Of a stretch of 43,108 nt of DNA, positions 29,719 to 37,540 are shown piece after piece. Origin of the DNA: a virus (lineage: Duplodnaviria > Caudoviricetes); IMG/VR virus record IMGVR_UViG_3300003965_000020, positions 1 to 43,108 of that record. One strand, given 5' to 3'. Within the stretch, counting starts at the first letter, position 1. Each line of letters begins with the position of its first letter. The notes beneath the pieces are model-generated. The model was given only the letters and a program-made list of their open reading frames with translations, made no database searches and was not told the DNA's origin. A program made the position numbers and the translations under genes.

Positions 29719-30977
29719 GCCGCAAGCCGCTTGGCCTTCAGGGCCGCGAAAGTTTCGCCGGTTTCCACCAGCATCGCTTCTTGACCGGTGAAGGACTGCC
29801 AGCGCTCGATGGCGACATCGACATAGGCCGGGTTCAACTCGACCCCGAAGCAGACCCGGCCCGTGGTTTCGGCTGCGATCAGCGTGGTGCCAGATCCCAT
29901 GAACGGCTCGTAGATTGCCTGTCCCGGGCTAGAGTTGTTCAGGATCGGCCGCCGCATGCACTCCACCGGCTTCTGCGTGCCGTGCACCGTTTCAGCGTCC
30001 TGATCCCGGTTGGCAATCTGCCACAGCGTCGTCTGCTTGCGGTCGCCTGCCCAGTGACCCTTTCCCTTGGCGCGCACCGCATACCAGCAGGGTTCGTGCT
30101 GCCAGTGGTAATCGCCGCGGCTGAGGACCAGTCTGTCCTTTGCCCAGATGATCTGTGACCGGATGGCGAAGCCCGCGGCTGCCAGGCTGTCGGCCACAGT
30201 CCCGGAATGCAATGCGCCGTGCCAGACGTAGGCGACGTCACCGGGGAACAGCGCCCATGCTTCGCGCCAGTCGGCCCGGTCGTCGTTCAGCACCTTGCCG
30301 GTGCGTTTGGTCTTGGCCGCGCCCGCCTGGTTGCGCCAGGACGGATCGTACTCCACGCCATAGGGCGGGTCGGTGACCATCAGCAGGGGGCGGACATCGC
30401 CCAACAGCCGCCCGACCACGTCGGCTGACGTGCTGTCGCCACAGATCAGCCGGTGCGCGCCCAGCTGCCAGAGGTCGCCCGGCACCGAAACCGGCGTGAC
30501 CGGAAGCTCGGGAACATCGTCCTCGCCCTCGACCGGACATTCCCCGCCCAGCGCCACGGGATCCCGCAAAAGCGCGTCGAGGTCATCGTCGCTGATGCCC
30601 AAGAGCGTCAGGTCGAAGTCCTCGGCCAAGAGCCCTGCGATCTCTTCGCGCAGCAGGGCTTCGTCCCATTCGCCGAGTTCCGTCAGCTTGTTGTCGGCGA
30701 TGCGGTAGGCGCGGCGTTCGGCCTCGTCGAGATGGCTGAGGCGGATCACCGGCACCTCGGTCAACCCGAGCATGGTCGCGGCCATGACCCGGCCATGGCC
30801 CGCGATCAGTTCGCCGTCGTCGGCAACCATGCAGGGCACGGTCCAGCCGAACTTGGCCATGCTGGCGGCGATCTTCGCCACCTGGTCTTCGCCGTGCATC
30901 TTGGCATTGCGGGCATAAGGGCGCAGCCGGGCAATCGGCCAAGACTCAACCTGGCGCGGCGCGAAGACGAGGTCCAT
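29715..30977 (-). CDS. ParB N-terminal domain + beta-class DNA amino-methyltransferase (DPPY, likely m6A)
   Basis: ParB motif; 'VTDPPYG'; 'HGTQKPVE'; 'EPFMGSGTT'. Confidence 0.9.
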   Translation of the reverse strand: MDLVFAPRQVESWPIARLRPYARNAKMHGEDQVAKIAASMAKFGWTVPCMVADDGELIAGHGRVMAATMLGLTEVPVIRLSHLDEAERRAYRIADNKLTELGEWDEALLREEIAGLLAEDFDLTLLGISDDDLDALLRDPVALGGECPVEGEDDVPELPVTPVSVPGDLWQLGAHRLICGDSTSADVVGRLLGDVRPLLMVTDPPYGVEYDPSWRNQAGAAKTKRTGKVLNDDRADWREAWALFPGDVAYVWHGALHSGTVADSLAAAGFAIRSQIIWAKDRLVLSRGDYHWQHEPCWYAVRAKGKGHWAGDRKQTTLWQIANRDQDAETVHGTQKPVECMRRPILNNSSPGQAIYEPFMGSGTTLIAAETTGRVCFGVELNPAYVDVAIERWQSFTGQEAMLVETGETFAALKAKRLAA

Positions 30978-31010
30978 GGGATGGGGCTCGGGATGTGGGG
31001 GAGGAAAATG

Positions 31011-31042
31011 AAAAGCGCCCGCGAGGGGTTTCCTCCGGGCGC
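31011..31042 (-). terminator. Terminator-like hairpin upstream of the methyltransferase genes
   Basis: GCGCCCG...CGGGCGC stem with inner GAGG/CCTC pairing, followed by TTTT on the minus strand. Confidence 0.45.
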
Positions 31043-31127
31043 AATTCTTCGATGATCGAGGGGTAGGTCAATGGGGGCAGGTCTGTCAACCCAAAAAGTA
31101 AAGCGGATTCAACAGCTTCTGACGAAT

Positions 31128-31286
31128 TGGCTTCCAGGGGTGGCTTCCGGCCACCTGGCTTCCCCGAAGGTGGCTTCCTTGGCTTCCCACTGGGAATCCA
31201 CCCCGGCCAGATCGTGATTCCGCAAGCCGCTGATCTGACTCACGAATTTCGGCTCCGGGTCGCAAGGTGGCTTCCGCCTGGCTTCC
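31128..31286. repeat. Seven direct copies of TGGCTTCC
   Basis: Copies start at 31128, 31141, 31156, 31171, 31180, 31268 and 31279. Confidence 0.85.
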
Positions 31287-31303
31287 CCGGTGAAAACGCC
31301 TCA

Positions 31304-31360
31304 CGCTAGCGAACCGCCGCGCTGCGCCCCCCCGCATACGTTTGGGGCCGGGGAGGAACC
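31304..31360 (-). other. Lambda-like cos site (cosQ-cosN)
   Basis: Minus strand GGTTCCTCCCCGG...TATGCGGGGGGGCGCAGCGCGGCGGTTCGCTA parallels lambda GGGTCCTTTCCGG...TTACGGGGCGGCGACCTCGCGGGTTTTCGCTA; terminase is gpA-type. Confidence 0.65.
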
Positions 31361-31497
31361 ATGCCGTGGGGTAGGATATCGCAGTAGGGTTGCAAAAAGA
31401 GTCCGATGTGATGATAGCAGCAGTGATGCGCCTAAGTGTCCGAAGCAGTTTGCCGAACTGTCAAACGCCAGACTAGCAACCGAAGGTCGAACAGTTA

Positions 31498-31740
31498 ATG
31501 AACGAAGAAGCAGCCCCAAGCGCAACTCTGGATGTACAAGGGATGCTTTGCCCGCTTCCCGTCTTGAGAGCAAAGAAAAACCTTAAATCGCTAAAAGTCG
31601 GTGAGACGCTTCTCGTACTCACAACGGATCCAGTCGCGCTTATTGATTTGCCGCACATGTGCGCGCAGTTCGGCCACACGCTTCTTGAGATCAAGAACAC
31701 CGATGCAGGGCACTCATTTTTGATCAGGAAGGCAAGCTGA
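31498..31740 (+). CDS. tusA: TusA/SirA family sulfur carrier
   Basis: 'LDVQGMLCPLPVLRAKK.L..L..GE.L.VL.TDP....D' with the CPxP motif, 80 aa. Confidence 0.92.
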   Translation: MNEEAAPSATLDVQGMLCPLPVLRAKKNLKSLKVGETLLVLTTDPVALIDLPHMCAQFGHTLLEIKNTDAGHSFLIRKAS

Positions 31741-31744
31741 GAAG

Positions 31745-33289
31745 CTATTGGGCCTTCCATGACTGGATTTTCCTAGCAGACGGATCACCGCGCCGCTTTA
31801 CATAGGCCTGCCCAGTAGAGAGCGTTGCCAGGTTGGCGGCCTTCCCTAGGATACGAGTGGCGTTCCTTGATGGCGCATTGGTTGAGAATGCGGCGACCAA
31901 GCCCATCTCGCTGAGGAAATCATCATCCTCACCCGTGAAGTCATCAGGCGACTGTGAGATCAGCATCACTGCGCCACCTTTAGATCTGCTCATCCGAACC
32001 AAATTGGACAGCGAAGGCAGTTTGGTTCCAAGCACGCGGTGTGCCTCATCGACCATTGCAATAATCCGCATCCCGCGGCTACCGTCGCCGTCTACAGGTG
32101 TGTCCGGAAGGCTATTGAGATACTGGTCAAGAGCGTCCAGCACAAGATTCACAACAATACTCCGGCTTTCTTCCACTACATGCGGGGGAAGTTTGATGAT
32201 CCAGCTACGCTGAAAAAATTCTTCCGGTTTCATCTCAGGAACAAACAGCGGAAACCGGCATACTTCACGAGCGGCAGCTATCGCCCCGTCTTCTTTAATC
32301 CCGCGCTCTGCATAGACATTGGTCAATTCACTCTGAAAATCTCGGAGCTCACATGGCGTCTTCGTGGTTAGTGCGCGTTCCGCCGCTTCGTAAACAGCGT
32401 CCCGCTGCTTGTCGCCCAATTTGGCACCCTTCAATCGAGAGAATGACTCTCTAAAGCGTGATGCCGCTTGGGAAATATCGATGCTTTCACGACTTCTAAG
32501 TGAAAGTACGTCCAATGGAATAGGCATTCGGGGAGGTTCAATGACCGTCGCGTCAAATAGGCTCTCAAGGTGATAGCCGCCACCTGCGTCATCCGTTGCC
32601 AAGTCGCCTTTGAAATCAAACGCAATAATAGGCAACGGTGCACGCTTCCTAAGGCCCTTGAGAATCGCAACTGCGGTCCGAGTTTTACCTGAGCCAACGC
32701 CCCCCATGATAGCGCTGTGAGGTGAACATCCAGAACCGTTTAGAATCCACTCAAGATCAGCACCGGTACTTGCGTCAGTCGAAATCTCTCCTATTGGCAC
32801 GGACACGAGACCGGAACTAGCAAAGCCTGGCCGCAAAGACGCTTTGTCGCCGAGCGACATGCGACCGGACAGAGGAAGTTCGGCGTGTTCAACAAGGCGA
32901 CGAACGAACTTAGAAATGTCTTCGCCGGTTTGCTTCCAGTCGGCGTCCAATAGCAAAATCCCACGCCGCCAGTGTGCTGCCACGATATTGATGAGCGATC
33001 GCAGATCCTGTTCAGAGCTTGGGCTATGTTGGATTACTATTGAGATCCAAGACATTAGTGTCACGCCCGTTCCGAAGAGAGTGTCGCCTTTAATCGTTTT
33101 GCCCCAATCGGCCCCTTCGGCCACTGGTTCAGGTGGAGTTGGCACTCCAAGGGAACGCGACAAAGCGAGGCGTGCTGGAAGGTAGCGCTTTCTCATGCCA
33201 AGGCGCTTCATGAACTCAGTGTTCAGTTCGTCTGATGCCTCGTCCGTTCGGAAGTTTGCGCCGGCAACCTCTACAACTGTAAATGTCAT
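31745..33289 (-). CDS. dndE: DndE-like domain fused to a HerA/FtsK-type P-loop ATPase (DndEi-like)
   Basis: N-terminal 'FRT..AS...ARLALSRSL...GK.IKGDTLFG...H..RG..LL'; Walker A GGVGSGKT, 'FDFKGD', Walker B MVDEAH, 'RMSRSKG..V.L.SQ'; ATGA-coupled to dndD. Confidence 0.7.
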   Translation of the reverse strand: MTFTVVEVAGANFRTDEASDELNTEFMKRLGMRKRYLPARLALSRSLGVPTPPEPVAEGADWGKTIKGDTLFGTGVTLMSWISIVIQHSPSSEQDLRSLINIVAAHWRRGILLLDADWKQTGEDISKFVRRLVEHAELPLSGRMSLGDKASLRPGFASSGLVSVPIGEISTDASTGADLEWILNGSGCSPHSAIMGGVGSGKTRTAVAILKGLRKRAPLPIIAFDFKGDLATDDAGGGYHLESLFDATVIEPPRMPIPLDVLSLRSRESIDISQAASRFRESFSRLKGAKLGDKQRDAVYEAAERALTTKTPCELRDFQSELTNVYAERGIKEDGAIAAAREVCRFPLFVPEMKPEEFFQRSWIIKLPPHVVEESRSIVVNLVLDALDQYLNSLPDTPVDGDGSRGMRIIAMVDEAHRVLGTKLPSLSNLVRMSRSKGGAVMLISQSPDDFTGEDDDFLSEMGLVAAFSTNAPSRNATRILGKAANLATLSTGQAYVKRRGDPSARKIQSWKAQ

Positions 33290-35367
33290 TTGCGGGCCTC
33301 CTGACCCGCGAAATAGCCTTCACGGACTGAGGATTCTCCTGTGTCGCCGACACGTTCAAAGCTGATCAGGAACTTTTTTTGCACATTCTGTTCGATCTCT
33401 TCCAAGTATTCACCGACCACTTCTGTGTTGGTTGAAAGAAGAATTACTTGGTGGCCTCGTTGGACGAGATGTCTAAGAACGCCCTTACGATGCGCTACGT
33501 CGAGTCGGCCAAGCGGCGTATCGATCACCATTGGAAATGCGCGCTGCGACACAGAGGCAACGGCAGAGATCAACGCTTGTGTGAAGATCTGCTTCTCGCC
33601 TGCAGAAAGGTCATAGTTTCTCAGATCTACACCTTCCTTGTTCAGTAGGCGGACCTGGCAGTCATCGTCAATATCGATCCGATCAACCATATCTTTCTTG
33701 TGCGCCATTGAGTGATGCGCCTGCGTCATTGCTTTTGCCACTGCTGAAATCTGGCTTGGGACGGCTTGGTTCACTATTGAGTCAACCATCGTTGCAACCT
33801 TGAGCGCTCGCGAAGCCCTGCGGAGGGAAGGTTTCGCCTGATCCCACGCGCCAGACAGCTTGGACAACTCGGTGTTCTTCTTCACAATGTCGGCTTCGTA
33901 GACGGAAACTTCGCGCTTCAGTGCCCCAAGTTCTTGATCCACCTCTTGAATCCGTCCATTGACGGCAGCCAAATCCGACTTTTTCTTGTCGACATGCGGA
34001 GCAATGGACTCAGTACGGGTGATCTCGTGCTGGAGTTTGTTATAGGCCTCATCATTGGCCGAGATACTGTCCAGGAGTTCCACCACTGCGGGTGCACCAA
34101 GCTCATCGAGCTGATCAAGTTGCTCGACGACCTTGAGCTTGTCCATTTCGTTCAGGTACGTGTGAACGATGCTTTCAGAAATGTTTGTCGGGGGCGGATT
34201 CCAAAGTGTGTCCCACGCCTCTGAAGCAATGGCTACTACAGCTTCTTTTTGAACGTCAGCTAGATCGGGCCTTACGTCGTCAAGTGAGGCACGAACATTG
34301 GTGAGGTACTTGGTCAGATTGGCGTCGCCCTGTTGGCGGCCAACCTGCCATTTGTCCCTCATTATTTCACCCTGAAGCGACTTCTTCAGTTGGTCGCGTA
34401 GCCCCCTCCCCGACAACGCGAGCGCGATATCTTGGGCAAGCAGTGTCTCTAGCCGGGACTTTCCATCATCGAGTTCTCGACCGAGCCGGTTGAGCCGCTC
34501 GAACTGCTCTTGGAACTGCGCTTGCGAGCCTGCCCCGAAGCTGGCCAACTCACGTTGGAGCTTTTCGCGCTGTTCCTTTAGGCTTGCATGCTCAGGTTCA
34601 AGTTCAGCAACTCTCTCCTTCCGTTTTCCAAGCTGAAAGTTTAAATTGTCGAGGTCTAATTCGATCCGATCAATTGTCCGGTCGGAGACATTATTTACTT
34701 CGCCTTTTCGGACTCTGGCATACGCCCTAAGGTCTTGGGCCAGTTCTTTAAGGACTGGAATACCAAGCAATCCTTCAATACCAGATCGTACCTGCGCGGC
34801 CATCTCACGTTCTGCAAAAGCGCTTACTTGCTCGCCATCGAACAGGAAGAATGCTGCGAGATAGTAGGGCAAGAAACGCCTGGCAATGAAATCCCGGTAC
34901 CATTCGAGATCCTCTCCATCGTCAGCGGCGGTGGGGCCAACAACGCGCTTAGTGGTGCCTTCGTATATGCGTACTTCTTCATCACCGGGGCGAAGTGCGC
35001 CCTTGTCAGTAAAATACCAGATGCGTTGGATTTCGATTTCTTCGCCGTCGTCGACAAAACATAGTTTCACCGAGCAAGATGTTCGGCCTGCGTCAACGGC
35101 GCCACGGTGTATAGCCTTCTCCAAAAACGCTCTGTAGGAGGTCGCTAAACGCTGCTTGTCATCACTGGAAAATGGTGACCGAGCGACAAGAGGGAGGCCA
35201 CTTTGGCCAAATAGGCCCAACACAATTGCTTCGAAAAGACTAGTCTTACCGAAGCCATTTTGAGCGCCAATCAGGATGATATTGCGATGTACTTCGGGCG
35301 CAGGGAAGTCAAAATTGCCAACCGTATAAGCCTTCCAGTCCCGCAGGACGATGCTCTTAAGATACAT
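33286..35367 (-). CDS. dndD: DNA sulfur modification protein DndD (SMC/ABC-type ATPase)
   Basis: 'LIGAQNGFGKTS', 'FFLFDGE', long coiled coil, 'LSAGEKQ', 'IDTPLGRLD..HR', 'QVILLSTNTEV'. Confidence 0.9.
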   Translation of the reverse strand: MYLKSIVLRDWKAYTVGNFDFPAPEVHRNIILIGAQNGFGKTSLFEAIVLGLFGQSGLPLVARSPFSSDDKQRLATSYRAFLEKAIHRGAVDAGRTSCSVKLCFVDDGEEIEIQRIWYFTDKGALRPGDEEVRIYEGTTKRVVGPTAADDGEDLEWYRDFIARRFLPYYLAAFFLFDGEQVSAFAEREMAAQVRSGIEGLLGIPVLKELAQDLRAYARVRKGEVNNVSDRTIDRIELDLDNLNFQLGKRKERVAELEPEHASLKEQREKLQRELASFGAGSQAQFQEQFERLNRLGRELDDGKSRLETLLAQDIALALSGRGLRDQLKKSLQGEIMRDKWQVGRQQGDANLTKYLTNVRASLDDVRPDLADVQKEAVVAIASEAWDTLWNPPPTNISESIVHTYLNEMDKLKVVEQLDQLDELGAPAVVELLDSISANDEAYNKLQHEITRTESIAPHVDKKKSDLAAVNGRIQEVDQELGALKREVSVYEADIVKKNTELSKLSGAWDQAKPSLRRASRALKVATMVDSIVNQAVPSQISAVAKAMTQAHHSMAHKKDMVDRIDIDDDCQVRLLNKEGVDLRNYDLSAGEKQIFTQALISAVASVSQRAFPMVIDTPLGRLDVAHRKGVLRHLVQRGHQVILLSTNTEVVGEYLEEIEQNVQKKFLISFERVGDTGESSVREGYFAGQEARK

Positions 35368-35373
35368 ACGGCT

Positions 35374-35574
35374 TCAATCTCCGATTTCTATGCGGTCAAG
35401 TATGTCATCGAAAGAGTCCCAGAGGCCCTTCTTTTTCTGCTTTCCGGTTTGATCAACTTCAACCTGCACCAACTCTGTGAACTCCGGGAAGCTTATACCG
35501 TTCTCGACACACTCTTCGCGGACTAGGGATCTGCCCTCGGGGTTGTCGAGCAATACGACGACATTTCTAGCCAT
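35374..35574 (-). CDS. Small DNA-modification-system-associated protein (resembles a detached DndC C-terminal helical region)
   Basis: 66 aa, packed between dndC and dndD with 2-nt and 6-nt gaps; 'LVREEC.E.GI....F.EL...E......KKKGL...D.IL'. Confidence 0.65.
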   Translation of the reverse strand: MARNVVVLLDNPEGRSLVREECVENGISFPEFTELVQVEVDQTGKQKKKGLWDSFDDILDRIEIGD

Positions 35575-35576
35575 CT

Positions 35577-36737
35577 CTATTTGACCTTCTTGATCAACGT
35601 GTTCACCGAAGCAGCGTCAGACCGTGTGGGTGCCACTAACTCTTCAGACCATAGCCGACGTATTTCTTCAATTTCCTCACGCGAAATCAGTTCGGACCTC
35701 TGGTCAATTTGTATGGAGAGAAGACGGTCAAGAATTTCCTGCCTGGTTTCCATCGTGAATGGACCCGGTACGTAGGTTCCTGTGTCAGTAATGGTTATGG
35801 TGCCATTCCTGCGTCTCGCTTGACGACGCTTTGGGTCATTCCTGATCTCAACAAGCCAGTCGCGAAAATCAAGAAGCGGCCCAAACTCTACAAACCCAGA
35901 GTCAACAAAACCTTCGAGGCTTCTGTCCTTGTCAACAACTGTGCACGTCCAGCAGCCAAAGCGGGACGATGAGCTTCCGCATGAAGGTGCATCAGATTTT
36001 TGCGTTACGACTGGGCATTCTCCACCACCTGCATCCCTGTAGAGCTTAATCAGCTTCCGGTAGTCACCGCCCCAAGGGGCGTCGTTGGCTGCAAGATACT
36101 CCCAAACTTCATCTGTGGAGAGTTCTACAATCGGCCTGAAAACTTGGCATCCTGCCAAATCATTGTGGCGGTTGAGCCTTTCCCCATTATCATATCGCTT
36201 TACAGATGCGGCGCGAGTTGCGCTCTCACTGCGTCGGACACCCAGCAGGAGGATTACGGTCTCGTTGCGTTCGATCTGGGCTTTGATATAGGCTGAGGTC
36301 GGCTGAATTTTCATCCGATCGGTGCACCAGCGGAAATTGCGGTTTGGAGACGGATAGCCACGGCCGATCACATTAACCCAGAAGGTTTGGCTCAACGCTG
36401 GCCTTGTGATCTGCGTCACAATCGGAAGACGCAGTGCGCGCGCGGCTTCTGCAATTTGGTCCATACTGTCAATGATGTGCTGGATAACCAGCGGGCTCTC
36501 AACAAGTGTGTCATTTGACACGATGTGGATTTGGCGTTTTCTCTGGCTCCTCGGCAGTTTGAGAAGCGCTTTAAACACCAGATGTGCAACTAGAGTGCTG
36601 TCTTTTCCGCCAGAGTAGCCTATGACCCACGGGAAATCATGCGGTTGAAGATATTCATCAAGTATCTCGGCTTCGATTAAAGCTATTCCTTCGTCAAGCG
36701 AAAGATCGCTGAAATCATGAAGCCGAAGATCATCCAT
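35577..36737 (-). CDS. dndC: DNA phosphorothioation sulfurtransferase DndC (PAPS reductase family); likely start MDDLRL at 36737
   Basis: 'PWVIGYSGGKDST', 'DTLVESP', 'FWVN.IGRGYP.P...FRWCTDRMKI.PT', 'GECP', 'SRFGCWTCTVV..D.S', 'PGPFT...R'. Confidence 0.93.
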   Translation of the reverse strand: MDDLRLHDFSDLSLDEGIALIEAEILDEYLQPHDFPWVIGYSGGKDSTLVAHLVFKALLKLPRSQRKRQIHIVSNDTLVESPLVIQHIIDSMDQIAEAARALRLPIVTQITRPALSQTFWVNVIGRGYPSPNRNFRWCTDRMKIQPTSAYIKAQIERNETVILLLGVRRSESATRAASVKRYDNGERLNRHNDLAGCQVFRPIVELSTDEVWEYLAANDAPWGGDYRKLIKLYRDAGGGECPVVTQKSDAPSCGSSSSRFGCWTCTVVDKDRSLEGFVDSGFVEFGPLLDFRDWLVEIRNDPKRRQARRRNGTITITDTGTYVPGPFTMETRQEILDRLLSIQIDQRSELISREEIEEIRRLWSEELVAPTRSDAASVNTLIKKVK

Positions 36738-36868
36738 TTTTTTGCCTGTCGGTAGTCCCAATCTTGCTGATGGGGGTCTATGTTGCTTGGGAATGTCGCA
36801 AGATGCACCCTTGGCGTCAAGCGCTGATCCTGCGCCGCCCGGCGGTCTTGGTTGCGTTTGGTCAGTTT

Positions 36869-37540
36869 TCACGGGGTCTTAGCGCCGTTGCGCCAAGGTT
36901 GCCCTCTAGGCATCGCTGCCGTCACTTCAACCTCCTGCAGCATCCCGCCCGCGATCAACCCACCTCGCACCCAGTCTAGCGCTTGCCACCAGTCCTCATA
37001 GCCACGCCGGGCAGATGCGATTTGTTCCGGATGCGGCCGCCAAGTCACCGGGCAGGCCAGCACGTCCACCGTTCGCCATTTGCCGCGCGTTTTCACCCGT
37101 TCGGTACCAACGACAATGGTCGTTGCCCGCTCGCCATGCTGGTTGGTCTTGATTTCCAACGGCACGCAGCGTGGGACGACACCTGGCATCCATCCTGGGG
37201 TCAGGCCAGCTCGCGCCAGCTCGGCCATTTGGATTGCCATGCGGATGCCGCCGAGGCGGTCGGGCATGCCTGCGACGGTGGCGGCGATCACCTCAGCATC
37301 TGGATTAGTGTAGCTGCCGATCTTGTGCTGGCCGCCGTCCACCTTGCAGCCAAGCATCGCACGCTGCAGCAGGACGTATTCGAGGCCAAAACCGAAGCCT
37401 TCCTCGGCCCCGTCCTTTGGTGGTGGCAGTTCCAGCTGCGCTTGCTCGACGCGGAACGCCCATTCCAGCGCAGCTTGGACGGCCAGCGCGCGTTTCACCT
37501 TTGTGCCGCCCGCGCGCCCGATCCTTCCTTGGACGCTCAT
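36869..37540 (-). CDS. Conserved hypothetical phage protein (position of a late regulator)
   Basis: 223 aa, ATGA-coupled to the upstream ORF, phage-like GC. Confidence 0.6.
   Translation of the reverse strand: MSVQGRIGRAGGTKVKRALAVQAALEWAFRVEQAQLELPPPKDGAEEGFGFGLEYVLLQRAMLGCKVDGGQHKIGSYTNPDAEVIAATVAGMPDRLGGIRMAIQMAELARAGLTPGWMPGVVPRCVPLEIKTNQHGERATTIVVGTERVKTRGKWRTVDVLACPVTWRPHPEQIASARRGYEDWWQALDWVRGGLIAGGMLQEVEVTAAMPRGQPWRNGAKTP

Noticed and set aside
31128-31286. Repeat cluster as a CRISPR array
   Set aside because: Units are only 8 bp with irregular short spacing, and there are no cas genes
31745-36737. Complete Dnd restriction-modification, Ssp or Tdp system
   Set aside because: No dndFGH, sspBCDE or nuclease partner is visible; the SMC-like DndD points to the Dnd writer type
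35577-36737. CysH sulfate-assimilation auxiliary metabolic gene
   Set aside because: DndC-specific motifs and direct linkage to dndD
36738-36872. N-terminal extension of DndC predicted by the ORF track
   Set aside because: Low-complexity translation across the junction between phage and insert; more likely a promoter region
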